Part shown: positions 63,754-64,000 of the stretch, one piece after another
How the letters are laid out: the number at the start of each line of letters is the position of its first letter
Position numbering within the stretch: position 1 is the stretch's first letter
Source: Mobula hypostoma
Lineage: Eukaryota
NCBI RefSeq assembly: GCF_963921235.1
Contig: NC_086108.1
Span: forward strand, 104,906,001 to 104,970,000
Direction of reading: 5' to 3'
DNA length: 64,000 nt
The notes under the pieces: generated by a model
What the model was told of the DNA's origin: nothing
What the model saw: the letters and a program-made list of their open reading frames with translations, nothing else
The model's database searches: none
Position numbers and translations under genes: made by a program

Positions 63754-64000
63754 GGAGCCTGCAGCCAGTGATCAGCCCTGCGATCGGAGTTGGGGTGTGC
63801 AGCCACAGTTCTCCTGCTTTGAGGCGGCACCAGTTTCCTGACTAACTTCTTTCCTGCCTCTGAACTAAGGATCTGAGATCATCACATCCTGCATGGAGTC
63901 AGGAATCCCAACAATCAAAGGCCTTCATTTCTCTTCCCAGAAATTTTCGATAATAGTTATAATGTATGAACAAAAAAAAAGATCCATTAAAGGAAGAAAT
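63754..64000 (-). promoter_or_regulatory. Putative 5'UTR / proximal promoter of ADGRL4 with clustered ETS-core motifs
   Basis: Non-repetitive sequence directly upstream of the ATG. Minus strand has CAGGAAAC, CAGGAAAG and CAGGATGT. Plus strand has CAGGAAT and AACAAT (SOX-like). TSS cannot be determined. Confidence 0.5.

Overview
Repeat-dense vertebrate genomic DNA, most likely from a cartilaginous fish (shark or ray). That is inferred from abundant HE1-like V-SINEs and CR1/HER1-like LINEs. The window covers the 5' part of one minus-strand host gene, which I read as ADGRL4/ELTD1, an endothelial adhesion GPCR. Coding exon 1 (63732-63753), exon 2 (40201-40377) and exon 3 (3008-3160) splice in frame, all at phase 1, to give [117 protein letters not shown]..., a signal peptide, an EGF domain and a calcium-binding EGF domain. 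The gene continues past the left edge. Introns 1 (~23 kb) and 2 (~37 kb) are filled with decayed and nested mobile elements: CR1 and Rex1/Babar-type LINE fragments, Penelope-like fragments carrying minimal hammerhead-ribozyme motifs, RTE-related elements, V-SINEs, a CORE-type SINE, two Tc1 families, a Tc1 deletion derivative with a terminal TIR hairpin, a tiny hAT MITE, solo LTRs, a U6 pseudogene and several tandem repeats. Nearly all ORFs in the supplied track are transposon remnants or chance ORFs. I see no CRISPR or prokaryote-type system. The most notable signals are the dispersed hammerhead-bearing Penelope-derived units, the Tc1 derivative with three TIRs, and ETS/SOX/FOX motif clusters around ADGRL4. 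Repeat boundaries are approximate unless a TSD is cited, and family names come from my recollection of family hallmarks, not from a database search.
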